A stretch of DNA of 64,000 bases from an uncultured Candidatus Rokubacteria bacterium (GCA_963826115.1 CAWGVS010000004.1:64001-128000); one strand, 5' to 3'; shown: positions 19,347 through 28,955, counted from the first letter of the stretch. Notes: generated from the letters alone by a model not told the origin. Made by a program: numbers and translations.

Positions 19347-20305
19347 GAGTACGAGATCCGTGGGTCGACCAGGCAGTAGACCAGGTCGGTCAGGAGGTTC
19401 GCGGCGATCACGACCGTCGCGACCAGGAGATTCACGCCCATGATGACCGGATAGTCCCGCTCGAACACCGCGCCGACGGCCAGGCGCCCGATGCCCGGCC
19501 AGGCGAACACGGTCTCGGTCAGCACCGCCCCGCCCACCAGGGCGGGGAGCGACAGGCCGACGACGGTGACCACCGGGATCAGCGCGTTGCGGAACGCGTG
19601 GCCCCAGACGACGCGGCGGGTCGGCACGCCCTTGGCCTCCGCGGTCCGGACGTAGTCCTGGCGCAGCGCCTCGAGGAGACTCGACCGGGTGAAGCGCATG
19701 AACGACGCCATCTGGATCAGCGCGAGCGTCAGCGTGGGCAGCACGGCGTGGCGGAGCCGGGCGGCCACGTCGCCCTCGTGCCCGTACTCGCTCAGCCCCG
19801 ACGGCGGCAGGAGGTGGAGCGCCTCGGAGAAGAGGAGGATCAGCATGATCCCGAGCCAGAAGCTCGGGAACGACACCCCGAAGAGCGAGACCGCGGAGGC
19901 GAGCGAGTCCCAGACGGTGTCCCGGCGGACCGCGGCGAGGACGCCGAGCGGCACCGCCACCGCGAGCGCGAGCACGAGCGCGCCGCCGGTCAGCTGGAGG
20001 GTGGGGCCCAGGCGGTCGAGGATCAGGCCGAGCACGGGGTCACCGGTCTTGAAGGAGCGCCCGAGGTCGCCCCGGACCGCGCCGAGCACCCAGCTCCCGT
20101 ACTGCGCCGGCAGCGGCCGATCGAGGCCGAGCCGCTGACGCACCTGGGCCGCGACCTCCTGCGAGAACTCGCCGCCGATCAGCACGGCCTCCGGGCCTCC
20201 CGGCGCCAAGCGCATCAGCGTGAAGAGGATGACGGAGACGCCGGCGAGCATCAGGGCAGCAAACCCGAGCCGCTTCGCGACGTAACGCCCGAGGCCTCGG
20301 TTCAT
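19343..20305 (-). CDS. Peptide ABC transporter permease (DppB/OppB-like)
   Basis: GLDRPLPAQY, GDLGRS, DYVRTAEAKG, ETVFAWPGIG, RDYP, DPRI. Confidence 0.95.
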   Translation of the reverse strand: MNRGLGRYVAKRLGFAALMLAGVSVILFTLMRLAPGGPEAVLIGGEFSQEVAAQVRQRLGLDRPLPAQYGSWVLGAVRGDLGRSFKTGDPVLGLILDRLGPTLQLTGGALVLALAVAVPLGVLAAVRRDTVWDSLASAVSLFGVSFPSFWLGIMLILLFSEALHLLPPSGLSEYGHEGDVAARLRHAVLPTLTLALIQMASFMRFTRSSLLEALRQDYVRTAEAKGVPTRRVVWGHAFRNALIPVVTVVGLSLPALVGGAVLTETVFAWPGIGRLAVGAVFERDYPVIMGVNLLVATVVIAANLLTDLVYCLVDPRISYS

Positions 20306-20431
20306 CTCACACGGTGGCGGCCGCCGGCCGGCGCCTCGCGCGGGCGAGTCGTCCGACCGGCAGCGAGGGTGACGCTAGCACCGCCGAGCGAAGAGCGTCA
20401 ATCGGCCCCGGCACGTCGGGGCGGGCTGCGG

Positions 20432-21571
20432 CTAGGCCGCGCGCCGGCGCCGGAGCAGCTGGTGGGCGACGGCGGCCGCGAGCCCCGCGACCCCGATCGC
20501 GCCCGCCATCGGCACGGGCGTGCCGTCGTAGAGCCGTCCGACGACGATGCCGTACGTCGCGGCGGCCGTCAGCTGGAGGAACCCGAGCACCGCGGAGGCG
20601 AGCCCCGCGGTGCGCGGGAAGGGCCCGATCGCGCCCGCGATGGCCGTCGGGAGCACGATGCCCACCCCGACCGAGAAGACATACATCGGGCCGATCATCG
20701 CCGGCACGGTCCAGACGCCGCCCCACGCGAGCGCCGCCATGAGGCCGCCGGCGACGGCGCCCAGCCCGGTGGCCGCGGCGATCAGCCGGTCGATCCCGGC
20801 CCTCGCGGTGAGTCGCGCGGCGAGGAAGCTGCCGGTCATGATCCCGAACGCGACGAGCCCGAAGCACAGCCCGTAGACGTCCGGCGGCACGCGGAGGACC
20901 TCGATCAGGACGAACGCCGAGCCCGAGATGAACGCGAACTGGCCGCCGAACATGAGCGCGACCACCAGCGTGTAGCCGAGGAACGCGGGGTCGCGGAGGA
21001 GGTCGGCGGCGTTCGTGGCGAGGTGACCGGGTCGGAGCGCGTCCGGATCGCGTCGGCGGTTGGTTTCCGGGACGAGCCGGACGGCGAGGGCGAGGAAGAG
21101 GGCGCCGCACGTCGCCAGGACGAGGTACACCGCGCGCCAGCCGAAGGCCACGTGGACGACGCCGCCCACGATGGGCGCGAGGATCGGCGTCAACGCCATG
21201 GCGGTGCCCATGTAGCCGAGGACGCGCGCGGCGCGCGCCGGCTCGTAGAGATCACGGATCACGGCGCGGCCGACGACGGGCCCGCTGCCGGCGCCGAGCG
21301 CCTGGAGCAGGCGGCCGGCGACGAGGAGCGGCGCGGACGGCGCGGCCCAGCAGGCGAGCCCGCCGGCCACGTAGACCGCGAGGCCGCCCAGCAGCACGCG
21401 GCGACGGCCGATGCGATCGGACAATGGTCCGTGGATGAGCTGGGCGACCGCGAATCCCGCGAGGAAGAGGGTGACGGTGAGCTGTACCGTGGCCGGCGCC
21501 GTGCCGAGGGCGACGGCCGTCGCGGGGAGCGATGGCAGTGTCATGTCGATGGACAGGGCGCCGATCGCCAC
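20432..21571 (-). CDS. Bcr/CflA family drug-resistance MFS transporter (true start probably further upstream, near 21658)
   Basis: SIDMTLPSLP, GPLSDRIGRR, GRLLQALG, PIVGG, PET. The in-frame hydrophobic TM1 extends upstream of GTG 21571. Confidence 0.88.
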   Translation of the reverse strand: MAIGALSIDMTLPSLPATAVALGTAPATVQLTVTLFLAGFAVAQLIHGPLSDRIGRRRVLLGGLAVYVAGGLACWAAPSAPLLVAGRLLQALGAGSGPVVGRAVIRDLYEPARAARVLGYMGTAMALTPILAPIVGGVVHVAFGWRAVYLVLATCGALFLALAVRLVPETNRRRDPDALRPGHLATNAADLLRDPAFLGYTLVVALMFGGQFAFISGSAFVLIEVLRVPPDVYGLCFGLVAFGIMTGSFLAARLTARAGIDRLIAAATGLGAVAGGLMAALAWGGVWTVPAMIGPMYVFSVGVGIVLPTAIAGAIGPFPRTAGLASAVLGFLQLTAAATYGIVVGRLYDGTPVPMAGAIGVAGLAAAVAHQLLRRRRAA

Positions 21572-21665
21572 GACGGCCGTGAGAAGGGCGGCGACCGGAC
21601 CGCGGAGGCGGTCGGCGGATGCTGCCGGCCCGCCGGGCGCGAGATCGGGCGAAGCCGTGGCGGCC

Positions 21666-22655
21666 CTACGGCTCGGTGACGGCGAGACGGGCGAAGGTGG
21701 CGGCGTCGATGTTGGAGCCGCAGACGATCACCCCGACCCGCCGCCCGCGCAACCGCTCCCGCAGGGGGCCGAGGAGCGCCGCGGTGGCGGCGGCGCCCGC
21801 CGGCTCGACCGCGAGCTTGACCCCCCGAAACAGGAGCCCCATCGCGCGCCGGAGCGCGTCGTCGTCCACGAGGACCAGGTCGTCGAGGGCGCGGCGGCAG
21901 AGCTCGAAGCTGTACGGCGCGGCGTGCGGTGCGCCGAGACTGTCGGCGATCGTCCGCACGGCCTCGATTGACTGGGGCTTGCCCGCCGCGAGGCTCCGGT
22001 GCATCGAGTCCGCGCCCTCCGGCTCGACCCCGAAGACCTGGCACCGCGGCAGGGTGAGCTTCACGGCGGTCGCGAGACCGGCGCAGAGGCCGCCGCCCCC
22101 GATCGGGACGATCACCGCGTCGAGGTCGGGCGCCTGGGCCGCCAGCTCGAGCCCGACCGTCGCGGTCCCGAGGGCGGTGAGCGGGCCCTCGAAGGGGTGC
22201 ACGAACGTCCGGCCCTCGCTGGCCTCGATCTCGCGCACGCGCTCGAAGGCCCGATGCACGTCGTCGACCAGCTCGACCTCGGCGCCCCACCAGCGGCAGG
22301 CCGCGACGCGCGCGGGGTTCGCCGTGCGCGGCATCACCACCTTGGCGGTGGTGCCGAGGACGCGCGCGGCGTACCCGACGGCGATGGCATGGTTGCCGGC
22401 GCTCACCGCCGTGACCCCGCGCGCGAGGGCGGCCCGATCGAGCCCCAGCATCACCGTCAGCGCCCCGCGCGGCTTGAACGTGCCCGTGTGCTGGAAGAGC
22501 TCGAGCTTCAGGACGACCTGGGTGCCGTCCGCCAGATGCTCGGTGATCTCGCGCCCGCGCCACCGCCACACCGGCGTCTCCACGACGAGATCGCCGAGCC
22601 GCTCCCGGGCCGCGCGGATCTCGGCGAGCGTCGGGCCGGTCGTCTCCGCGCTCAT
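21666..22655 (-). CDS. PLP-dependent threonine/serine dehydratase (or serine racemase-like)
   Basis: LKLELFQHTGTFKPRG (PLP Lys), SAGNHA, HPF, PIGGGGL, EPAGA, CGSNID; ATGA-coupled to DUF1989. Confidence 0.92.
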   Translation of the reverse strand: MSAETTGPTLAEIRAARERLGDLVVETPVWRWRGREITEHLADGTQVVLKLELFQHTGTFKPRGALTVMLGLDRAALARGVTAVSAGNHAIAVGYAARVLGTTAKVVMPRTANPARVAACRWWGAEVELVDDVHRAFERVREIEASEGRTFVHPFEGPLTALGTATVGLELAAQAPDLDAVIVPIGGGGLCAGLATAVKLTLPRCQVFGVEPEGADSMHRSLAAGKPQSIEAVRTIADSLGAPHAAPYSFELCRRALDDLVLVDDDALRRAMGLLFRGVKLAVEPAGAAATAALLGPLRERLRGRRVGVIVCGSNIDAATFARLAVTEP

Positions 22656-23500
22656 CGGGCCGCCGCGCCGGTGGCCGTCGGCGGGGTCATCCCGTGTTGG
22701 CCGCGGTAGTCGGCGGGCTCGGGCGAGCGCCAGCCCTGGAGGAGCCGGCTCTCCGGCTGCCAGACCTCGACGCCGAGCGGCCGGCAGACCTCGATCGGGT
22801 CGCGGGCGCCCGGCCCCCAGAGCGGGATCGACAGGTCGCCGCCGGGACAGGTCGAGATCGCGCAGAGGAGGTCGATCTCCGCGAAGATCTCGAAGAAGTC
22901 GCCCTTCTTGGCGGGGCTCGCCTTCATGAAGTAGCGGTCGTCGAGGAGCCCGGTCACCTGGAAGACGTTGAGCACGTCGTGGACGTCGAATTCCGTCAGG
23001 CGGTACGGGGCGACGGCGCGGACCAGATTCGAGTGGCAACAGAAGTCGAACTCCTGCCCGGTGAGGAGCTTCGTCACGTAAGGGTCGCAGCGCGTTCCCA
23101 GAAGGTCGTGGCAGCGGCCGCCGTCGGCGTCGATCCCGTACTGCAGCGTGTCGTTCGTGATCGTCGCCAGGGGGCGCAGGTACGGGAGGGTCGACCAGAG
23201 ACGGTCGTAGGTGGTCACGTGAGCCCGGTGGAGCTGCTTCGTCCGGGACGCCCAGAAGCGCTCGCGCGGGTTGTGGAGGTTCCACACGTTGAGGTCGGCC
23301 ACCTGCGGTCCCTCGACGGTCACGATGCGGCAGACCTGGCCCGCGCGGACCGGCCAGGCCCGCCCGGAGCGGATGGGCACGACGAAGCGATCGACGAGGG
23401 TGCGCGCGGCGGTCTCGCGGGCGAGTCGGTCGTAGAAGGGGCGGTCCACGACGAGGGGACCGCTCGGTGTCGAGGGCAGGTACGTCCAAGGCTGCGACAT
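22652..23500 (-). CDS. DUF1989 / urea carboxylase-associated family protein
   Basis: EGPQVADLN, CHDLLGTRCDPY, CCHSNL, HDVLNVFQVTG, AEIDLLCAISTCPGGD; RBS GGAGGA. Confidence 0.9.
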   Translation of the reverse strand: MSQPWTYLPSTPSGPLVVDRPFYDRLARETAARTLVDRFVVPIRSGRAWPVRAGQVCRIVTVEGPQVADLNVWNLHNPRERFWASRTKQLHRAHVTTYDRLWSTLPYLRPLATITNDTLQYGIDADGGRCHDLLGTRCDPYVTKLLTGQEFDFCCHSNLVRAVAPYRLTEFDVHDVLNVFQVTGLLDDRYFMKASPAKKGDFFEIFAEIDLLCAISTCPGGDLSIPLWGPGARDPIEVCRPLGVEVWQPESRLLQGWRSPEPADYRGQHGMTPPTATGAAAR

Positions 23501-23588
23501 GCGTCGTCCTCCGATGTCAGAGATGCGCGCGCCACTCTAGCACGGGCGCCGCGGCCGGACCGGCGGCGCCCCGCGGCGCGGCCGCGCG

Positions 23589-24644
23589 TCAGGCGAAGCG
23601 CCAGCCATCGAGGGCGGCGGGGTCCTCCGGGCGAATCCGGAGCGGGAGGTCCCGGTCGCCGAGGATGCCGGCCGCGACCAGTGGGTCGAGTCCCGCGGCG
23701 TGGGCGAGGGCGCGCGGGAGCCGGGGCATGAGCGCCAGGCGATCGACCCCGGCGGCGGCGCGCGCCGGGAGTCGCGGGCCCTCGCCGTACGGGGTCCACA
23801 CGCGGACGGACGCGCCGCGGCCCGCGCGGCGCGCGACCACGGGGACCTGGGTCCAGAGCGTGCCGGGCCGGGGCGGCGGAATCGGGTCCGCGAATCCAGA
23901 CGCGACGTCCCACTGGGCGAGGTCGGCCGGCGACCGCGTCGCTCCCGCCGTCCGACTCCCCCAGGTCAGCGTGACCGCGAGCGAGCGGCGCCGGCAGACG
24001 ACCCCGTGGGGCGTCCGGGCGGGCAGGTGGAACAAGGTCCCCGGCGCGAGATCGAAGGTCCGCCAGCCGTTCCGGCGTCCCGAGACCGCGAGCCGGTCGT
24101 CGAGGTCCTCGGGGGTGCCGGGCGGGACCCGCGGTCCGATGGTCACCGTCCGCCGTCCCTCGAGCTGCAGCCAGAACGCGTCGACCTCGCCGTCGTGGTG
24201 GAGGCCCATGGCGGCCCGCCCCCGGCCCTCGACGATGAACAGGAACGAGCACTCGTCGCGGGCGCCCGCGGCGGTCGGTGGGTAGAAGGCCGCGCGGAGG
24301 GCGACCATCAGGCGCATCAGGCGCGGCAGTACCTGGTGGACCTGCGGGAGATAGGCCGTCTTCCCGGCCGCCAGGGCCGCGGCCAGTCGCCGCGGGTCGC
24401 CCGTCCGGTCGACCCGACGCTCCGCGGCGATCTGGAACGGGAGTCCGCTGCCGGCCATCCCGACGCATGTCGCGAAGTCCGGCGCCGTGAGACGCCAGGC
24501 CCGGTTGCGCGGCGGCAGGACGGCGGGCGCGTGACCGAGGGTGCGTTGGCGGAACGCCCGCCGTGCCCGCTCGTCGAGGAACCAGCTCGCGAGCGGGGAC
24601 ACCGGCGCCGCCCGCGGATCGGCCCGGCGCCGCGACGGGATCAT
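23589..24644 (-). CDS. JmjC/cupin_4 (YcfD/ROX-like) Fe(II)/2-oxoglutarate oxygenase
   Basis: GLHHD (HxD), FWLQLEGRR, LAPGTLFHLPARTPHGV (distal His). Confidence 0.72.
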   Translation of the reverse strand: MIPSRRRADPRAAPVSPLASWFLDERARRAFRQRTLGHAPAVLPPRNRAWRLTAPDFATCVGMAGSGLPFQIAAERRVDRTGDPRRLAAALAAGKTAYLPQVHQVLPRLMRLMVALRAAFYPPTAAGARDECSFLFIVEGRGRAAMGLHHDGEVDAFWLQLEGRRTVTIGPRVPPGTPEDLDDRLAVSGRRNGWRTFDLAPGTLFHLPARTPHGVVCRRRSLAVTLTWGSRTAGATRSPADLAQWDVASGFADPIPPPRPGTLWTQVPVVARRAGRGASVRVWTPYGEGPRLPARAAAGVDRLALMPRLPRALAHAAGLDPLVAAGILGDRDLPLRIRPEDPAALDGWRFA

Positions 24645-24784
24645 GATGGCGAAGGATAGGGGAGAGAGCGGCCGAGGACAACGGCGGCGCCCGCGGGGTG
24701 GACGCGGGGTCGCGCCCGGGGTAGAGAGAGAGGGCGCCGGCCTGCCGCCGGTGGCGCCGCATCCCTCGTTGCCGCGGAGGTCGC

Positions 24785-25306
24785 ATGATCGTCGAAGCCA
24801 AGCTCGCGAGCCTGGGACTCCCCCTGCCGGACCTCGAGGCCGACTACCGGAAGAACCGGTCGGGCGCCCGCTTCATGTCGCACCGTGCCGTGGGCCCGCT
24901 CCTGTACCTGTCCGGCACCGTGCCGATCCGCGACGAGGAGGCGTACCTCCCCGGCCTCCTCGGCGCCGACCTCACGATCGAGCAGGGGTACGAGGCGGCG
25001 CGCTGGGCGCTGGTGCAGTCGCTGTCGGCCGTGAAGTACGCGCTCGGCGACCTCGACCGGCTGGACACCGCCATTCACCTGACCGGCTACGTGAACTCGG
25101 CGCCGGGCTTCAGCGACCAGCCGCGGGTGATCAACGGGGCGACCGACCTGCTCGTCGCGCTCTACGGCGACCGGGGGAAGCCGACCCGGGCGGCGATCGG
25201 CTGCCGGGGGCTGGCGTTGAACTCCTCGGTCGAGCTCGTCCTGACCGTCACCTACACGGGCGCCGACGTCCGCCCGCCGCTGGCCCGCGACCGCTGGGCC
25301 CGCTGA
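24785..25306 (+). CDS. RidA/YjgF/UK114 family protein
   Basis: LYLSG, GYEAAR, LTGYVNSAPGFSDQPRVINGATDLL, TRAAIG, VE; RBS GGAGG. Confidence 0.9.
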   Translation: MIVEAKLASLGLPLPDLEADYRKNRSGARFMSHRAVGPLLYLSGTVPIRDEEAYLPGLLGADLTIEQGYEAARWALVQSLSAVKYALGDLDRLDTAIHLTGYVNSAPGFSDQPRVINGATDLLVALYGDRGKPTRAAIGCRGLALNSSVELVLTVTYTGADVRPPLARDRWAR

Positions 25307-25446
25307 CCGGACCGTCCGGGCCGCCGGGAACACCGAGGGCCCCATCCCGGGTTTTCCGGATGAGCGGAGGGCGCCCGGTGCGGCCCGCCCGTCGCGCCGA
25401 CCGGCCGGACGCGGGGGCCGGTGGGGCGTGGCGCGAACCCGCCAGG

Positions 25447-25472
25447 TATAATGCGAGGGTTCAACGGGAGGC
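25447..25472 (+). promoter_or_regulatory. -10 box and RBS of the DUF502 operon
   Basis: TATAAT at 25447-25452 and GGGAGG before GTG 25478. Confidence 0.6.
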
Positions 25473-25477
25473 GACAG

Positions 25478-26110
25478 GTGCCAGGGCTTCTCCAGTCGTG
25501 GTTCAAGGTCCGGTTCTTCACCGGCGTCTTCGTGACCCTGCCGGTGGTCCTGACCGCGTGGGTGTTCTGGCTCTTCTACGCGTCGGTCGACGGTTTCATG
25601 GCGCCGTTCTACGAGCACTTGCTCGGACGGCACCTCCCGGGGCTCGGTTTCCTCACCGCGGTTCTCATCATCTTCTGCGTCGGGGTCTTCGCCACCAATG
25701 TCGTGGGGCGACGGATCCTCCAGTGGGGCGAGCGCGTGATCCGCTACATCCCGCTGGTGCGGCGCGTCTACCCGACCGTCAAGGATTTCGTGGACGCGTT
25801 CTCGCCGAACCGGCGCTCGGGCTTCCGCGAGTTCGTGGTCGTCGAGCACCCACGCGAGGGCGCCTACTCGTACGGGTTCCTGACCGGCGACGTGCACGTC
25901 GAGGGCACCAAGCCCGACGCGCTCCTCTCGATCTACGTGCCCACGAACCACCTCTATCTCGGCGACATCGTCCTCGTGCCGCGGGACGCCGTGCTCCCCA
26001 CGGGCCTGTCGGTCGAGGACGGCATCCGCATCATCCTCTCCGCGGGCACGGCCGCGCCGTCCCGGCTCCCCCACGACGGGAGCGGCGGGCTCGGCGCGGC
26101 GGCCACGTGA
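25478..26110 (+). CDS. DUF502 family membrane protein
   Basis: FFTGVFVTLPVVLT, PGLG, IPLVRRVY, VVVEHP, GFLT, VPT, LSVEDGIRIILSAG. Confidence 0.88.
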   Translation: MPGLLQSWFKVRFFTGVFVTLPVVLTAWVFWLFYASVDGFMAPFYEHLLGRHLPGLGFLTAVLIIFCVGVFATNVVGRRILQWGERVIRYIPLVRRVYPTVKDFVDAFSPNRRSGFREFVVVEHPREGAYSYGFLTGDVHVEGTKPDALLSIYVPTNHLYLGDIVLVPRDAVLPTGLSVEDGIRIILSAGTAAPSRLPHDGSGGLGAAAT

Positions 26111-26132
26111 CAGCATCCAGGAGACCAGCACC

Positions 26133-26669
26133 ATGAAGTTCCTCTGCATCGCGTGCGACCAGGCCATGCGGCTCTCCGGGGCGGCGGGGCCCGACGAGGG
26201 CTCGCTCACCGTGACGTTCGCCTGTCCGACCTGCGGTCACCGCGTGGCCATGCTCACCAATCCCTGGGAGACCCAGATGGTGCGGACGCTGGGCGTGAAG
26301 GTCGGCGGCGCCCCGGCCGCCGCGCCCGCGCCGTTCGCGGCTGTCCGCGCGGGCCTCGCGCACCAGCGGGAGCCCGGCGCCGGGGCCACGACGCCCGCGC
26401 CGGCCGGCGCCGCGGTGGCCGCCACGGCGGCGGGGGACGCGCCCGTCGGGGACGGCCCCGGGTGTCCGTTCGCGGCGATGATCGGGGGCACGGCCGCGGC
26501 GGCGTCGACGATCGGCTGGACGGTCGAGGCGGCGGGCCGGCTCGAGCGCATCCCGATCTTCATCCGCCCGATGGCCCGGCAGGCGATCGAGCGGTTCGCG
26601 CAGGAGCGCGGCTACGCGACGGTCACCGACGAGGTGATGGACCAGGCGCGCGACTTCATGGGGATGTAG
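26133..26669 (+). CDS. Zn-finger (CxxC...CxxC) plus PCP_red domain protein
   Basis: N-terminal MKFLCIAC...FACPTCG, internal GCPF, C-terminal WTVEAAGRLERIPIFIRPMARQAIERFAQERG (PCP_red-like); RBS AGGAG. Confidence 0.8.
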   Translation: MKFLCIACDQAMRLSGAAGPDEGSLTVTFACPTCGHRVAMLTNPWETQMVRTLGVKVGGAPAAAPAPFAAVRAGLAHQREPGAGATTPAPAGAAVAATAAGDAPVGDGPGCPFAAMIGGTAAAASTIGWTVEAAGRLERIPIFIRPMARQAIERFAQERGYATVTDEVMDQARDFMGM

Positions 26670-27588
26670 GCTCGTCGTCCCCGGACTCGAGGTCGAGCGC
26701 CTCGGGCGCGAGGACGTGGTACGTCTCGCCCGCCCAGACGGGCGGCTGCCCGGCGAGGAGGATCTCCCGGAAGGCGGCCAGTGTCGCGTCCTGACGGACC
26801 TCCGGGTGGCCGTCGAGCGCGGCCCAGAACTCCTGCGGCTGGTCGTGCGCCCACCGCGAGGCGCGCGCGACGGTCTCGAAGAAGCGCCGTACCTTCCGCT
26901 CCACCGCCCGCTCGACCGCGGGGCGCGCCAGGGTCGTGGCGAGCTGGGCGAGCGTCCCGACGAGGGGCGTGTCGAGCCGGACGTGGCCGGTGATGCTCAC
27001 CTCGATGCGCGTCCCGCCGTTCGGGTCGTCCGCGTGCTCGAACTCGATCAAGAGGAGCATCTGACCCCGGATCGTCGGGAGCCTCCGGCTCTCGTACATG
27101 CCGTCCAGGTGGAGGAGGCGGCGACCGGGGTCCGCGTAGAGCACCCGCATCATGCCGCGGGCACCCCGGCTATCGTCGCCCCAGTAGCCGTCCCCGCGCT
27201 CCTCCACCTGGTACTTCCCCAGCCGGAGCGCCCGCGCGACGCTGGCCGCGAAGTCCGGATGGTCGAGCAGGAACTGGAAGACGGGCTCCCGGCTGCGGCC
27301 GCGAAGCCCGGTGACCCGGTGGGAGAACAGGCTCGTGCCGAGGACGGCCTCGGCCCGCTCCCGCGCCTCGTCGCCCAGGCTCGCGAGCGGGACGCCGAGG
27401 GGGAGCTGGTCGAGCGTCACGTAGGGGCCGGTCGGCTCGGCGGCCGGCGGCTCGGCCCGCTCGGCATCCCCGCGGGCGGGGCCGAGGGCGAGGGTCAGCG
27501 CGACGCCGACGAGCACGAGGCCGATCCGGGATCGGCGACGCGTGTCCAGACGGCGCGGGATCGAGGCGTCGCGGAGGAGTGTGGCCAT
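26656..27588 (-). CDS. Exported hypothetical protein
   Basis: Signal/TM segment, then a globular region (FLLDHPDFAASVARAL, GDDSRGARG) with coding-like composition. Confidence 0.7.
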   Translation of the reverse strand: MATLLRDASIPRRLDTRRRSRIGLVLVGVALTLALGPARGDAERAEPPAAEPTGPYVTLDQLPLGVPLASLGDEARERAEAVLGTSLFSHRVTGLRGRSREPVFQFLLDHPDFAASVARALRLGKYQVEERGDGYWGDDSRGARGMMRVLYADPGRRLLHLDGMYESRRLPTIRGQMLLLIEFEHADDPNGGTRIEVSITGHVRLDTPLVGTLAQLATTLARPAVERAVERKVRRFFETVARASRWAHDQPQEFWAALDGHPEVRQDATLAAFREILLAGQPPVWAGETYHVLAPEALDLESGDDEPTSP

Positions 27589-27693
27589 GGCGCGCGGTCC
27601 CCGGGGCTACCGTACCACGGCGCCGGGGCCCCCGGCCCGGCCGGCGCCATTTCGCACGGGGTCCGGCCCTCGGCTGCTACAATGGCGCTTCGT

Positions 27694-28584
27694 ATGACTC
27701 CCCGCATCGGTCTCGTGGCGCTGGGTCTTGCGCTGCTCGTGCTCCGGCCGGCGGGCGCCTCCACCGAGGCGGCCCCGGTTGGCGCGAGCGCGGTGCCGGT
27801 CTCGGCCGAGGCGGTGCTCCTCGTGGATCTCGAGACGGGCAAGGTGCTCTTCGAGAAGAACGCCGAGGAGGACCGCGCGCCGGCCAGCCTCGTGAAGATG
27901 ATGACGCTCTACATCGCCTACGACGCGCTGCGTGCGGGCCTCGTCACGCGCGGCGAGCCGGTCACCATCGGCCCGAACGTCGCGCGGACGCCCCGGTTCC
28001 GGATCGGGCTCGTCACGGGCCAGGTCGTGCCCTTCGACACCCTCCTCGCCGCCGTGGCGATCGCGTCGGCGAACGACGCCGCGGCCGCCGTCGCCGACCG
28101 GCTGGCCGACAGCGAGGACAAGTTCGTCGAGCGGATGAACGGCGAGGCGGAGCGCATGGGGCTCACGCACACGGTGTTCGCGAACCCCCACGGCTTGCCG
28201 GACCCCCGCCAGCGCACGACCGCGCGGGACATGGCGACGCTGGCCGAGAATCTCCTGCGGGACTTCCCGGAAGCCCGGACGCTGCTCGGCGACACGGATT
28301 TCGCGTGGCGCGGGCGGGTCTTCCGGCGCCGGATCCCGCTGTTCCGGGATCCGGGCGGGGTGACGGCCCTCAAGACCGGCTTCACGCTGGAGGCGGGCTA
28401 CAACATCGCGGTGGCCGCGGGCCGCGCGGGGCAGCGCCTCCTGTGCGTCGTGCTGGGCGCCGAGACCCGCGGCCTGTCGTTCCTCGACGCGGGACGTCTC
28501 CTGAAGTTCGGCTTCGGCGAGCCGCTCTCGCCGGGGCGCACCGGCCGCCGCTGGCGGGTGCGCAGCCACGTCGCCCCCCGCTAG
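27694..28584 (+). CDS. D-alanyl-D-alanine carboxypeptidase (peptidase S11)
   Basis: SxxK (ASLVK), SxN (SAN), FANPHGL, KTG and a signal peptide. Extended -10 TGcTACAAT at 27675-27683. Confidence 0.92.
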   Translation: MTPRIGLVALGLALLVLRPAGASTEAAPVGASAVPVSAEAVLLVDLETGKVLFEKNAEEDRAPASLVKMMTLYIAYDALRAGLVTRGEPVTIGPNVARTPRFRIGLVTGQVVPFDTLLAAVAIASANDAAAAVADRLADSEDKFVERMNGEAERMGLTHTVFANPHGLPDPRQRTTARDMATLAENLLRDFPEARTLLGDTDFAWRGRVFRRRIPLFRDPGGVTALKTGFTLEAGYNIAVAAGRAGQRLLCVVLGAETRGLSFLDAGRLLKFGFGEPLSPGRTGRRWRVRSHVAPR

Positions 28585-28589
28585 GGTCT

Positions 28590-28605
28590 GGGGCCGCGCG
28601 GCCCC
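28590..28605. terminator. Perfect 16-bp palindrome between convergent genes
   Basis: GGGGCCGCGCGGCCCC between the stops at 28584 (+) and 28605 (-). Confidence 0.4.
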
Positions 28606-28955
28606 TACTCTGGCTCGATGGCCCGCCGGACGATCCGCCCGTCCGCGTCCACGTAGAGGAGCACCAGCTCGTACTTGTCGAAGCGATCGCCGCGATCCTC
28701 GCCGTAGTAGCGGTTCGGATTCGCGTCGATGACGACCGCGCGGCGGTAGACGAGGACGGGGCCCAGGTCCGATGAGCGGATCTGCTCCGGGCGGCCGAAG
28801 CGCTGGACGGCTTCGTCCCGGGTGTTCACCGCCATGATGTCGTCCGCCGGCGAGAGGGGCGGCTGGCGGAGGGGCGCCAGCTCGGCGCAGGCCCCGAGCG
28901 CGAGGATCGCGGTCAGGGGCGCGAGCCGGGACCAGGACATCGGGATCCGCCGCAT
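28605..28955 (-). CDS. Small lipoprotein, SmpA/BamE-like pattern
   Basis: Lipobox LGAC, TRDEAVQRFGRP and a terminal LYVDADGRIV. TACAAT lies 8 nt before ATG 28955. Confidence 0.65.
   Translation of the reverse strand: MRRIPMSWSRLAPLTAILALGACAELAPLRQPPLSPADDIMAVNTRDEAVQRFGRPEQIRSSDLGPVLVYRRAVVIDANPNRYYGEDRGDRFDKYELVLLYVDADGRIVRRAIEPE

Noticed and set aside
21571-21658. Possible non-canonical ACG start (21658) for the Bcr/CflA MFS
   Set aside because: TM1 does extend upstream of GTG 21571 with no standard start codon. Given the other probable sequence errors, a miscalled ATG or an indel is equally likely, so it cannot be claimed.
26133-26669. PCP_red domain as evidence of phototrophy
   Set aside because: Only the short C-terminal domain is present, with no bch/chl genes.
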